This document shows, in pieces, positions 1-10,539 of a stretch of DNA of 64,000 bases. A model generated the notes under the pieces. The model made no database searches. It saw only the letters and a program-made list of their open reading frames with translations, and had not been told where the DNA came from. A program made the translations under genes and the position numbers. Where the stretch lies: assembly GCA_965218095.1 (NCBI GenBank), contig OZ244587.1:5792001-5856000 (forward strand). Direction: 5' to 3'. How positions within the stretch are numbered: the stretch's first letter is position 1; every line of letters starts with the position of its first letter. This DNA is from Candidatus Poribacteria bacterium (lineage in GTDB: Bacteria > Poribacteria > WGA-4E > PCPOR2b).

Positions 1-2
1 TG

Positions 3-1169
3 CGGAAGAGTCTCGTCAACGCCTTTGATTACCAGACCTTGTTGACAGTTATCAATGCTTCAGTCCAAGAGGAGTCCTTCAACGTCGAACTTTATCTCAA
101 CGACGCACTTCTGGATGTCCGTCCTTACACCCTCGCGCCCGGCGAGAGTAAATCCGAGCTCTTTGCCAATTTTACCCCGGAGGGCGGCAGGCTAAAAGCC
201 GTGTTAGATGTGGAAGATGCGCTATCTACCGACAACGTTGCTTACGCCGCGCTGCCAAAGCGTGAGCAAATTCCTGTCTTGCTTGTCACCCCTAACCACC
301 CATTCCTCGAAAATGCGCTCGCTGTTGATGAAAAATTGGATCTGACCATCGTTGCTCCAGACCGGTACGACCCCGGTGTGGTGGGGTATGACGTTATCAT
401 TTTCGACCGTTATAATCCACCAACGCTCGGCGATGGCAACTATATGTTCATCTATCCTCCGAAAGAAGGGGCAATTTGGCCGATCGGCGAATCGCTGGAG
501 ACGCCGATCATTACAGAGTGGGAGCGTGAACACCCCATTCTACGCTATGTCCGTCTGGATAATGTCCAGATAACCGAAGCGTATCAGGTCAAAGTCCCGG
601 CTACGGCGAGTGTGCTTGTCCGTTCATTTGAAGACCCTTTGCTGATTGTTGAGGAGGCACCGAATCGAAGAATCGTTTTTGTTGCCATTGATACCCTAAA
701 ATCTGACTTGCCCTTGCGCATCGCTTTTCCGCTGATCGTTGCGAATACGATTCAGTGGTTTCAGGGGAAATCGGAGATTGAAGAATATCATCTTCAGGCG
801 GGGGAAATTCTGAAAAAACGGATCGACGAAGCCTCCGCAATTGAAAGCGTGACGATCGTGGGACCGGCGGGGAAGTCGTGGGAGATTCCTGTTGAAAGGG
901 ATGAACTTCTCTTTGATGAAACCTCAGTGGCGGGGTTCTATGAACTAAAGATCGGCAAACGCGAGGAGGTTTGGGCGGTCAATCTCACGGACGAGTCGGA
1001 GACAAAGATTGGCGTAACGCCATCCATTGAAAACCTGTTGGGCGAGGAAGCGGCCGTGCTCGGTGGTTCCGGGCTGCTGCGTTATCCGCCGTGGATTTAT
1101 CTGGTTTTCTTCGCGGTTATGTTAAGCGCTGTCGAATGGTTTCTATATCAGCGGAGGCGGATTGACTAA
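3..1169 (+). CDS. C-terminal part of a BatA/VWA-associated membrane protein (5' end outside the window)
   Basis: Frame is open from position 3. Ends with NL...ES, a TM segment and 'EWFLYQRR', typical of BatA/VWA-domain proteins. Sits next to a second VWA gene. Confidence 0.7.
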   Translation, partial: RKSLVNAFDYQTLLTVINASVQEESFNVELYLNDALLDVRPYTLAPGESKSELFANFTPEGGRLKAVLDVEDALSTDNVAYAALPKREQIPVLLVTPNHPFLENALAVDEKLDLTIVAPDRYDPGVVGYDVIIFDRYNPPTLGDGNYMFIYPPKEGAIWPIGESLETPIITEWEREHPILRYVRLDNVQITEAYQVKVPATASVLVRSFEDPLLIVEEAPNRRIVFVAIDTLKSDLPLRIAFPLIVANTIQWFQGKSEIEEYHLQAGEILKKRIDEASAIESVTIVGPAGKSWEIPVERDELLFDETSVAGFYELKIGKREEVWAVNLTDESETKIGVTPSIENLLGEEAAVLGGSGLLRYPPWIYLVFFAVMLSAVEWFLYQRRRID

Positions 1170-1170
1170 T

Positions 1171-3756
1171 ATGGAAATCGCCCGTCCCTTCACACTTCTG
1201 CTACTTTTCCTGATACCCCTCCTTTATTACGGCCATCGCCGAAGCCTCGTCGATCTATCACTGCCTCAACGCATCGTCAGCCTGATTCTGCGGGCGCTCA
1301 TTATCGTCCTACTCATCTTCAGCCTTGCCGGCGTCCAATATCTAACGCCCGATGCAAAATTGGCAGTGATTTTCCTTGCGGACGTTTCAGATAGTATCTC
1401 AGAGGAGGGACTAAAGCGAGCGCAGAAGTACATTGACGACGCGATGGATAGCCGAAGCGACCAGCAAGTGGGTGTGATGGCTTTCATGGAGGAAACACAG
1501 GTGATTCGGGGGTTTCAGTCGAAATCCGAGGCGGTGTTAGATCTCGCTGAAATCAAAGCAGACTGGCTCAAGGAAGACGAAAGCGCAGGGGATGCCACAA
1601 ACATCGCTCAAGCGATTGAGACGGCATGGGGCATTTTTCCTGCAGATTCCAACAAGCGTATTGTTCTGATTAGCGATGGTGTTGAGACACGCGATGATGT
1701 GCTTCGCGCCGGATTGCGTGGGAAAACCTTTGGTGTACAGATCGACACCGTGCCCATCCTCCCCAGCGATGCCCCCGAAGTCATGATTGAGCGCATTGAT
1801 GCACCGGTGCAGGTCAAGCAGGGAGAACCGTTCTATTTAGAGGTCTTTGTCCACAGCAATCACGAGGATTTCGCGGAGATACGACTTCACAAAAATAAGT
1901 TTGAGGTGGCGAGGCAGGAGGTCCGGCTAGAGGTGGGTGAAAATCGAATTCGTTTCTCTCAGATCGCGACCGAGAGCGGCATGCTGACCTACGATGCGGT
2001 TTGTGCGCCAACGCAGGACACCCGTTACGACAATAACCACGCACTCGGCATTGTTGTCGCTTCTGGCAGGCCCAGGGTGCTCCTGATCGACGAGAACGAA
2101 TCACAAGCCCGCTATCTGGCGCGCGTCCTTGAAGACGCGGAGATTCAGGTGAATGTCCGCAACGGCTTGGGCGTCCCCAACGAATTATCCGACCTACAGA
2201 ACTACGATTTGGTAATCTTCAGCGATGTCCCTGCCAATCGCCTAAATCAGAAGCAGATGGAACTGATTCGCACCTACGTCCAAGACCTCGGCGGCGGATT
2301 CATGATGCTGGGGAGTGAAAACAGCTTTGGACTCGGCGGTTACTACAAAACCCCGATCGAGGAGATTTTGCCCGTCCGCACAGATACAGAGAAAAAGAAG
2401 GAAACGCCGAGCATTGCGATGGTGCTGGTCATTGACAAATCGGGAAGTATGGGAGGAATAAAGATCGAACTGGCGAAAGAAGCGGCACGTGCAACGGTTG
2501 AACTCCTCGGCCGACGTGATAAAATTGGCGTCATCGCCTTTGACGGCTCGCCCCACTGGATTACGGAAATACACACCGCTTCCGACAAACTCTATCTCTC
2601 CGATCAGATTGGGTCGCTCAGCGCAGGCGGCGGTACGAATCTTTATCCTGCACTCCAGCAGGCATATCTCGCCTTGACTGAGACCACTGCGAAACTCAAA
2701 CACGTCATTGTGCTGAGCGACGGTCATTCACAGCCGGGCGATTGGTACGGTATCGTCAATTCGATGCGTGCCGAGCGGATGACCGTTTCCGCCGTTGGCA
2801 TCGGTAGCGGTGCCGACATGAATCTGCTGTCTAACATCGCCAATTGGGGCGGCGGCCGTGAATACTTCACGCAGGACGCTTATAACATCCCACAGATCTT
2901 TGCTAAAGAAACTGTTACTGCCTCCAAATCCGCTATCATTGATGAACCGTTTATCCCGCAGATCATTAAACTCACACAAGTCTTGCAGGGAATTGACCTC
3001 GAACTGGCACCTTTTCTGCTCGGCTATGTTTCGACCCAACCAAGGCCGACCGCCGAAGTCTTCCTTGTCTCAGATCGCGGCGACCCGTTGTTAGCTAGCT
3101 GGCAGTATGGCTTGGGTAAATCCGTCGCCTTTACTTCGGACGCCAAGGCACGATGGGCGGCAGATTGGTTGGAATGGGCGGGCTTCGGCAAGTTTTGGAC
3201 ACAATTGGTACGCGACACCATGCGCAAATCAACAGCCAGCAACTTTCAGGCTCAAATCGAACAGGAAAAGGGGACCGCGCATCTCACCATTGACGCCCTG
3301 AACGAGGCCGGGGATTTTCTGAACAACCTCGAAAGCGATATCTCCCTGATTCCTCCGAATTTGAAAAAGAAGCAACTCAACATCACACAGATGGCGCCGG
3401 GCAAGTATGAGATCGATTTTGCCGTCAACGAGATGGGGGCGTATTTTGTCAACATCATGCAGAAACAACACGGCAAATCGGTTAACACACAAGTCACCGG
3501 CACCGTTGTTTCCTATCCTGATGAATATCTCATCCATCGCGCCGACGAAACCCTCCTGAAGCAGCTTGCGTCTACCTCCGGTGGGAAGTTCGCGCCCTCG
3601 CCACAAAATGCGTTTCGCGCACCTGAACATCCGGTCGTCCACCGCGTTCATCTCTGGCGACCGCTGCTTACCATCGTTGCGTTTCTGCTGCTAGCTGACA
3701 TTGCATTGCGCCGAATTAATCTGACGAGAGAGAAACGGACAGATAGAACGATTTAA
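1171..3756 (+). CDS. VWA-domain protein with two VWA domains, a GATase1-like domain and N/C-terminal TM helices
   Basis: MIDAS-like motifs DVSDS and DKSGSM, GGGT and LSDG. GGGFMMLGSENSFGLGGY is GATase1-like. ATG at 1171 follows the previous stop. Confidence 0.85.
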   Translation: MEIARPFTLLLLFLIPLLYYGHRRSLVDLSLPQRIVSLILRALIIVLLIFSLAGVQYLTPDAKLAVIFLADVSDSISEEGLKRAQKYIDDAMDSRSDQQVGVMAFMEETQVIRGFQSKSEAVLDLAEIKADWLKEDESAGDATNIAQAIETAWGIFPADSNKRIVLISDGVETRDDVLRAGLRGKTFGVQIDTVPILPSDAPEVMIERIDAPVQVKQGEPFYLEVFVHSNHEDFAEIRLHKNKFEVARQEVRLEVGENRIRFSQIATESGMLTYDAVCAPTQDTRYDNNHALGIVVASGRPRVLLIDENESQARYLARVLEDAEIQVNVRNGLGVPNELSDLQNYDLVIFSDVPANRLNQKQMELIRTYVQDLGGGFMMLGSENSFGLGGYYKTPIEEILPVRTDTEKKKETPSIAMVLVIDKSGSMGGIKIELAKEAARATVELLGRRDKIGVIAFDGSPHWITEIHTASDKLYLSDQIGSLSAGGGTNLYPALQQAYLALTETTAKLKHVIVLSDGHSQPGDWYGIVNSMRAERMTVSAVGIGSGADMNLLSNIANWGGGREYFTQDAYNIPQIFAKETVTASKSAIIDEPFIPQIIKLTQVLQGIDLELAPFLLGYVSTQPRPTAEVFLVSDRGDPLLASWQYGLGKSVAFTSDAKARWAADWLEWAGFGKFWTQLVRDTMRKSTASNFQAQIEQEKGTAHLTIDALNEAGDFLNNLESDISLIPPNLKKKQLNITQMAPGKYEIDFAVNEMGAYFVNIMQKQHGKSVNTQVTGTVVSYPDEYLIHRADETLLKQLASTSGGKFAPSPQNAFRAPEHPVVHRVHLWRPLLTIVAFLLLADIALRRINLTREKRTDRTI

Positions 3757-4350
3757 CGGAAAATCGTGGTATGGTGGTACTCGCTGTCTCAAGCAGGTTT
3801 GCGCCGCTGCCAATAGTTGGTCAGAAGAGATTGAAGATTGACCTCACGAATGAATTCGGGCCTTGCTTTTCTGTCAATAATATGTCGTGCAGCGACGAAC
3901 TGCGTTGATAGAGTGTTCCACCCTTAACCCTTTCAAGGGTCATTAATGATCCTTTTCTTTGCTCAATGTAGGGCTTTGCAACCGTGGATCTGCGATACAT
4001 TGCTGACCAATACAGTTTCTCGTCAGAACGGCATTGGTCAAACCATTTCTGCAGACGGCAACCTAAGTTTCTAACTTGGCATCAAACACCGGACCAAGAT
4101 AGAATTTTGGGCCACGACTGGATCGGCGATTAATTTGTCAACACACCCTGGATAATCCGTTAATTCTGTGAATCCGTGCTATCAATCAAGTTTAGAGTCG
4201 CCACCGATGTGTCATCTACTTATCGGTAACCTGGTTCAAGTCGTTATGAGCCAAGAAGAATGGAAGGACGGAAGAACAATAGGAAATGAGTCTAGGCGTT
4301 CATGAGTTCATTTATGTTTTATGCATTACGCATCACGGAGGAGAATTTAT

Positions 4351-7062
4351 ATGTCAGACCGATACAATTTTCACGATGTTGGAAGACTTCCGGCACCGGC
4401 TGATAACGTGGCAATTGCCACACGAAGAATAGATGCCGGCGCGGAGATTAACTACAATGGTAATAGTTTCACCATATCTCATACGATCTTAGAGGGACAC
4501 CGATTCGCCCTCAAACTAATTCTAGCGGGCGAACCGCTGCTCTCATGGGGGTTGCCTTTCGGCGTCGCAATCGCTGACATCCGCCCCGGCGACTATGCCT
4601 GCAACCAGAAGATCCTTGATGCCCTTGCGATAAGGAATATTGATTTTGTGCTGCCATCGCGTCCAAACTTCAAGGATCAGATCGCCCCCTATATCCTTGA
4701 TGAAGACGTATTTCAGTCGGGTGAACAAGTTCCCCGATATGACCACGACAGAGCTTTTCTTGGTTATTACAGGGAAGGCGGCCGAGGCGTTGGGACGCGA
4801 AATTATATCGTGATTATGGGAACGACCTCTCGAACCTCCGGTTATGCAAAAGCGTTGGCCGATCGGTTTAAGGGCGTTGCAGCGGATTATGAAAACATTG
4901 ATGGTATCGTTGCTGTGACGCACACCGAAGGCGGGGAAAGCACAACACCTAATAATCTTGAAATGTTGCTGCGGACACTTGCCGGCTTTACGGTTCACTC
5001 CAATATCGGGGCGATATTGGCAGTCGATTACAGCGCTGAACCCGTGACAAATCAGTTGCTTCAGCGTTATATGGCTGAACATCACTATTCACTGGAGGCT
5101 GTGCCGCATCAATTTCTCAGCATACAAGGAGGTTTTGATGCCAGTTTGGACAAAGGTGAGACAATCATCAAAGGTTGGTTAAAACCGGTAAACGCCATAG
5201 AGCGCACCGAGGAATCTCTTTCCAACCTGAAGATCGCGCTTCAGTGCGGCGGCTCAGACGCATTTTCGGGGGTGTCGGGCAACCCGTTAGCGGCTTACGT
5301 TGCGAAACAAGTCATCCGTTACAGCGGCGCTACCAACCTCGCGGAAACTGATGAGCTTATTGGCGCCGAGCCATATCTGCTTCAGAACGTGAAAGATTTT
5401 GAAACCGCTCAACAGTTCTTAGGCACCATTGAGCAGTTTAAGGAGCGGGCGCGTTGGCACGGTCATACCGCTGAAGCCAATCCATCTGGCGGGAATAATT
5501 TTCGAGGGTTATACAATATCGTCATCAAATCAATTGGGGCTGCGATGAAACGTGATCCGGAGGTGTGTTTGGATTACGTCATTGATTACGGAGAGCGCAT
5601 GCTTAAGCCGGGTTACTACTTTATGGATAGCCCTGGAAATGACCTTGAGAGTATCGCAGGACAGGTCGCTTCCGGTTCAAACATGATCTTCTTTGTCACC
5701 GGCAATGGCTCGATTACCAACTTCCCCTTTGTGCCAACAATCAAGATTGTCACTACCACCGGGCGCTACAACCTGTTGAAAAACGATATGGATGTCAACG
5801 CCGGCGCCTACCAGGATGGTAGGCCAATGGAGGAATTAGGGCAGGAGATGCTCGATCTCACCGTTGATGTTGCCTCTGGCGAGCGATCCGTCGGGGAGAA
5901 GGCAGGACATTCGCAGGTGTCGATCTGGCGGAATTGGAAGCAGACGGCTCCCGTCGATCCAGCAACCATTCTTCCGATTAAAGCGCCTAACGGCGAACCA
6001 ATTCCGATTCGGATTGACGCCCCGCGGACGGATGTCGTCTTCAACGCAGTACAGACCGAAAGCGGTTATCGAAGTGATCAGATCGGGTTGATCCTCCCGA
6101 CCAGTTTATGCTCTGGACAAATCGCCCAGATGATTGCCGACCGGCTGAACCAACAAGGATTCGGATGCGAACAAGGGATTTCGCGCTATGTCGCGTTGGC
6201 GCACACGGAGGGATGCGGCGTATCGGGCGGAAATTCGGAGGATATCTATAGACGAACGCTTATCGGACATCTCATCCACCCAATGGTTGCGCTCGGCCTG
6301 CCCCTGGAGCACGGCTGCGAAAAGACTCACAACGACTACATGCGTCATGCGCTCACAGAACAGAGCATTCCGCTTGAACGATACGGGTGGGGGAGCGTGC
6401 AGTTAGACGGTGGCATTGACGCAGTCATCCAAAAGGTGGAGGATTGGTTCAGGAAGTCTCTGGAATCCATGCCTCGCCCGAATCACACTGATGTCGGTTT
6501 GGAACACCTTCGGGTTGGGGTCATGTCGAGCGGGAAAGTTACGGAAGCGGCGGCGCGGAGCCTGGCGCATCTCACTCAAACAATCGCTGGTGCAGGTGGG
6601 ACTATCGTCGTCCCTGCGAATGCGACCTTCTTGACTACTCCTGTCTATCTAGAAAATGTCCTCGGCGGTCAATCCTTGAGGAATACCCTCGCCTATGGTC
6701 AAAGTATCACCGACCCCGGATTTCACATCATGGAGACACCCACCGATCACGTCGTGGAAACATTAACAGGTTTGGGGGCGACAGGCGTCGATCTGATGTT
6801 CGCGCATGTTGTAGGGCATCCGCTTCAGGCGCACCGGATGATTCCGCTAATCCAAGCCACAACGGATGAGACCACGGGGGCAATCTATGTAGATGATCTC
6901 GATCTTTTGCCCGCGGACCCGGATTGGACGCCTGAAGGTTTTTCGGCGCAAATGCTGGAAGTCATCTTGCAGGTTGCCTCTCGTCGTTACACGCCCAGGC
7001 TCTATGGCAAGGGAAATACGGACTTCCAATTTACGCGGGGGTTGCTCGGCATCTCGATGTAA
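4351..7062 (+). CDS. UxaA/GarD-family sugar-acid dehydratase with N-terminal SAF domain and a duplicated C-terminal module
   Basis: DNVAIA (SAF), GVGTRNY, LQCGGSDAFSGVSGNP, ANPSGGN, MDSPGND, FVTGNGS. Second HTEGCG/GCEK copy downstream. RBS GGAGGAG precedes ATG 4351. Confidence 0.85.
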   Translation: MSDRYNFHDVGRLPAPADNVAIATRRIDAGAEINYNGNSFTISHTILEGHRFALKLILAGEPLLSWGLPFGVAIADIRPGDYACNQKILDALAIRNIDFVLPSRPNFKDQIAPYILDEDVFQSGEQVPRYDHDRAFLGYYREGGRGVGTRNYIVIMGTTSRTSGYAKALADRFKGVAADYENIDGIVAVTHTEGGESTTPNNLEMLLRTLAGFTVHSNIGAILAVDYSAEPVTNQLLQRYMAEHHYSLEAVPHQFLSIQGGFDASLDKGETIIKGWLKPVNAIERTEESLSNLKIALQCGGSDAFSGVSGNPLAAYVAKQVIRYSGATNLAETDELIGAEPYLLQNVKDFETAQQFLGTIEQFKERARWHGHTAEANPSGGNNFRGLYNIVIKSIGAAMKRDPEVCLDYVIDYGERMLKPGYYFMDSPGNDLESIAGQVASGSNMIFFVTGNGSITNFPFVPTIKIVTTTGRYNLLKNDMDVNAGAYQDGRPMEELGQEMLDLTVDVASGERSVGEKAGHSQVSIWRNWKQTAPVDPATILPIKAPNGEPIPIRIDAPRTDVVFNAVQTESGYRSDQIGLILPTSLCSGQIAQMIADRLNQQGFGCEQGISRYVALAHTEGCGVSGGNSEDIYRRTLIGHLIHPMVALGLPLEHGCEKTHNDYMRHALTEQSIPLERYGWGSVQLDGGIDAVIQKVEDWFRKSLESMPRPNHTDVGLEHLRVGVMSSGKVTEAAARSLAHLTQTIAGAGGTIVVPANATFLTTPVYLENVLGGQSLRNTLAYGQSITDPGFHIMETPTDHVVETLTGLGATGVDLMFAHVVGHPLQAHRMIPLIQATTDETTGAIYVDDLDLLPADPDWTPEGFSAQMLEVILQVASRRYTPRLYGKGNTDFQFTRGLLGISM

Positions 7063-7187
7063 TCTGCACATGATTTGCTTTCGTTCCTGACGTTGTTAGT
7101 GCGACCATAGAAATTCTCCACGCTCCCGTTCAAACGATTTTTCTGACTTCAGGGGAGCAGATCCGGTTGATTTTCATTTCCTATCCC

Positions 7188-8042
7188 TCATTCGCCAAAT
7201 TTCGGGGCATAAAACCGGTCCTGATATTCCCCACACGCTTTCTTTTTTTGGTACTCCCATTCATAAGGCGATTCGCGCATCCGTGTTGGGCCGTTCCGCA
7301 CATCGAATCCGATGTTAGCCGCCTTGGGATAGTGGCTATAAATCATCAGGCGGCGCGGTCTGTTGGAAGCATTCGGCCTGGAATTGTGAACTAGCAGGAC
7401 GTGAAAAAGCAGGACCGAACCCGCAGGCGCCAGTACATCGATGCCGTCATCGAAGTCAATGAGATGGGGAAGCACCTGCAAACCGTTGTCCGTAGGCTCA
7501 TGTTCGAGGTATTCCCTGTGGCTCCCCGGCCAGACATGGATAGGCCCGGAATCCTCCGTGCATTCGTCGAAGCAGATTGCCGAGGAGAGGATCGACTGTG
7601 GATAGTTTTGTGCGCGGTAGTACGCCCAATCGTTATGGACAGGGAAACGGTCATCGATCTTCTGGGCTTCGACAGCGGGTATTGGCTCTGGCAGTGGTTC
7701 CTTGTAGTTCAGCTTCTCCTCCATCAACACCGGTTCATCATTCATAACCTGCCGCATGGGCCCGAGTAATCGGTCATTATTTGAGACCTGAGTCAGGTAT
7801 AGTGAGAGATCATTAATTGGCTGGATTTTCCGAACCATCTGCTGACCATGGGAAAGTTCGAGGATATCCAGACGACTGCTTCTGCGCTGATTTGCCAACG
7901 AGGAATTGATGATGAGTTCAAGAATACGGTCTGCTTCTTCCCGCATCCTTTCAACCTCATCTGCTGTAAACGCTTCCGGCAAAACCAGATAGCCTTGTTC
8001 ATGAAATTGATCGAGTTGTTTTTTCGTTAACTCGGTGCCCAT
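7188..8042 (-). CDS. Phytanoyl-CoA dioxygenase (PhyH) family 2-oxoglutarate/Fe(II) oxygenase
   Basis: FHEQGYLV, HxD motif (HNDW), GPIHVWPGSH, distal HNS and NASNRPRR. RBS AAGGAG precedes ATG 8042. Confidence 0.85.
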   Translation of the reverse strand: MGTELTKKQLDQFHEQGYLVLPEAFTADEVERMREEADRILELIINSSLANQRRSSRLDILELSHGQQMVRKIQPINDLSLYLTQVSNNDRLLGPMRQVMNDEPVLMEEKLNYKEPLPEPIPAVEAQKIDDRFPVHNDWAYYRAQNYPQSILSSAICFDECTEDSGPIHVWPGSHREYLEHEPTDNGLQVLPHLIDFDDGIDVLAPAGSVLLFHVLLVHNSRPNASNRPRRLMIYSHYPKAANIGFDVRNGPTRMRESPYEWEYQKKKACGEYQDRFYAPKFGE

Positions 8043-8347
8043 AGGATTCTCCTTATTTATGGCAGCAATGATCTGGGGAAATGTTGGTTTCAAACGATTT
8101 GGCAGATTGCTTTGCGATAGATCGAAAGTCGTCGCGTTCAAGTTTTTTCGCCACAACAAATGGGGATTCCACCGTTTTCATCGGAAAATTATAGCAAATT
8201 GAGCAGGATTCGACAATCCAAAAAATAGGACATCAACATGGGATCATGCTGTTACAGCAGCACGGCGCAAACGAATAGATTGCCTACTCGTTGAAAACAA
8301 GGGTGACAACATATTGAATCTAGCCGCACGTCGTCGCCTTTTTTCAT

Positions 8348-8375
8348 TTGATTGTGAATGAAATCGTGCTATAAT
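8348..8375 (+). promoter_or_regulatory. Sigma70-type promoter for the ATPase/helicase cluster
   Basis: TTGATT-N16-TATAAT with extended -10 (TGcTATAAT), about 50 bp upstream of GAGGT RBS and ATG 8427. Confidence 0.6.
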
Positions 8376-8426
8376 TTCCATAATCCCTATCAGAAATTAA
8401 AGTGAAATGAAACACGAGGTGTCAAT

Positions 8427-9273
8427 ATGGATCTGACCCAGCTCATCGGGGAATGGAGGACGTCAAAAAAGCAGACAGAATCTGTTTTGAGGCTGCTTCG
8501 GGAAATCGCCCGTCTGGAGCAAAATCGGATGCAGCATCTGCCCCAATTGAGGAAACGATTGACTCAGCTTGATTCCTTTGTCAACCAACTCAACCGGACC
8601 CCACATCTGCAAGATGGACTGCGGAATTGGCTGAATGGGTATCGACAAGAACTTGCGGATGCAGCGGAGGAGTTCAAAAAACGGTTTGGGATTGTGCTTG
8701 AAGAGGAGTTGACAAAAAGAGGGCTTTCGCTTTCAGGATAATATCCTCAACTGAAAACGGGGCTGTGTACGATCGAACTCGACTTTGAGAGGGAACGAGT
8801 GACGGTTTGGTATGGTCCCAAACAGGAGCGTCTTTTTCAGTATGGTCTTGAGGCGGCGGAAGTAGCGAACAACGTTGAAAAAATCAGGGGGCGCCTTGGG
8901 TGCGGTTTAGCCACAGAAAAATTCCACCAGAAATTACAGGAGGCTTATGCCCGCGCTACAGGTGGGGTGGTGGGCAAACCTGCCCCAATCGTTGAGGTTC
9001 TAAGGGAACTTGCCTACCTCCTCCAGGATTCACAGTTTCTTCAAGATCCAAGGCAGGAGAACTATAAGGGCTACGATCGTGCGGATTTCAGCTATGACCT
9101 TTATCTGCTCCGTCAATCGGCTTCGGACATACTTGTTGACAAGCGGCCGCATCTGGTTGTGGCGACCTGAGCTCGCGCCAGAAGACAACGAGATTTCCTC
9201 TGGGTGCCTGATAATGAAAGCGGTAGGGGGACGACCTATTCCCACCTGAAATTTCGAGGAGGTAACGCAATGA
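8427..9273 (+). pseudogene. Uncharacterised ~280-aa protein, first gene of the candidate defence locus, with two in-frame stops
   Basis: ORFs 8427-8741, 8799-9170 and 9204 onward are co-frame, separated by TAA 8739 and TGA 9168. The original stop probably overlapped the next ATG (caATGA at 9270). Confidence 0.7.
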
Positions 9274-10527
9274 GTGAACTTCGCCTGGACGCTGCGCGAC
9301 GTATCATTGAGACCGTCGGCGCCAACGGTATCCCACCGGAACATGGATTTCAGTTTTTCACGGCTGGCCTGGAGCCTTACCTGACGGTCATTGATAAAGA
9401 GTATCTCTCCACGTTCATTCAGGGGGGAGGGGCCACCTTTAAGATCGTCATTGGCGTTTATGGCGGTGGAAAGCCCCACTTTCTTTACTCTGTTCGTGAC
9501 CTTGCCTGGAAGCATAACTTTGTCGTGTCGCATGTCTCCCTTTCTCCAGAGGAAAGCCCATTCCATCGGTTAGATCTGGTGTATAAAGTCATCGTGGGTG
9601 GATTTGACGCCCCCGCTAACTGCCGATGAACTGCTCTCCGGATACGAACAGGGAATGGCGAGTTTTCTGCGCACTTGGTACAGCCAGAAGTTTCAGGAAT
9701 TGAGCAGCACAGGTGTCTCAACGGAGGCGCTGCATGAGGAATTGTTGAACGGCGTGGAAACCATTGAGAGAATTGAAAGCATCAGCTTTGCCCGTGCAGT
9801 CAAAGCCGCCTTCCGTGCACTGACAGACCATCGGAAAGAGGATTTCATCAATATCTGCTTGTGGTTGAGTGGGCAGGGGTATGACCGGAGGATGCACGGG
9901 ACTTATGGCATCTACCAGCCGATTGATCGAACAACGGCATTGACCACGATCCGATCGCTAGTGCAGTGGATAAGACAAATTGACTACTCCGGTCTGGTGA
10001 TTCTTTTAGATGAGGCCGAGCGGGTGCCTTCCTTGAGCAGTCGGCAGCGGGTGCCTTCCTTGAGCAGTCGGCAGCGGGAACAACACCTGAGCAATCTACG
10101 GGAAGTGATTGATGCGTGTGGGCACACCAGCTTCGGCTGCGCGATGATTTTTTACGCCGTTCCTGACGAGAATTTCTTGGAGGGACGCACACAAGTCTAC
10201 GAAGCATTGCGACAACGGGTCGCTACCGTTTTTGAAACATTGAATCCATCGGATGTCCGAATCGATCTCAATCAAGTTAGCACCTCACCGCTCGACTTTT
10301 TACACGAAGTTGGGGACAAATTGGCTTTCGTTTACCAGACCGCTTATGACCATGAGTTTGAGGTAGCTGCCCTTGAGGAAACCATCACAATGACGGCGGA
10401 AACAGTGTATGAGCAACGCTTCGGTGACATTGGGTACAAACGGCTCTTCGTCCAGACGCTTATTCGAGGACTTCATTTTCTACGCCAGGAGGGTAGTTCA
10501 CCTCAAGTCAAGGATTTGCAGGTGTAG
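9270..10527 (+). pseudogene. DUF2791/BrxD-like P-loop ATPase 1, frameshifted
   Basis: Walker A GVYGGGK(P)HFL with T>P, ESPFHRLDLVY, Walker B LLDEAE, YEALRQR. Frameshift near 9600. 27-bp tandem duplication at 10021-10074. Confidence 0.75.
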
Positions 10528-10539
10528 GAGGAATCTGCC

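Noticed and set aside
3757-4250. ncRNA or intact mobile element in the long intergenic region
   Set aside because: Only degenerate palindromes and a possible worn MITE (~4063-4222) are visible, with no convincing TIR pair or RNA consensus.
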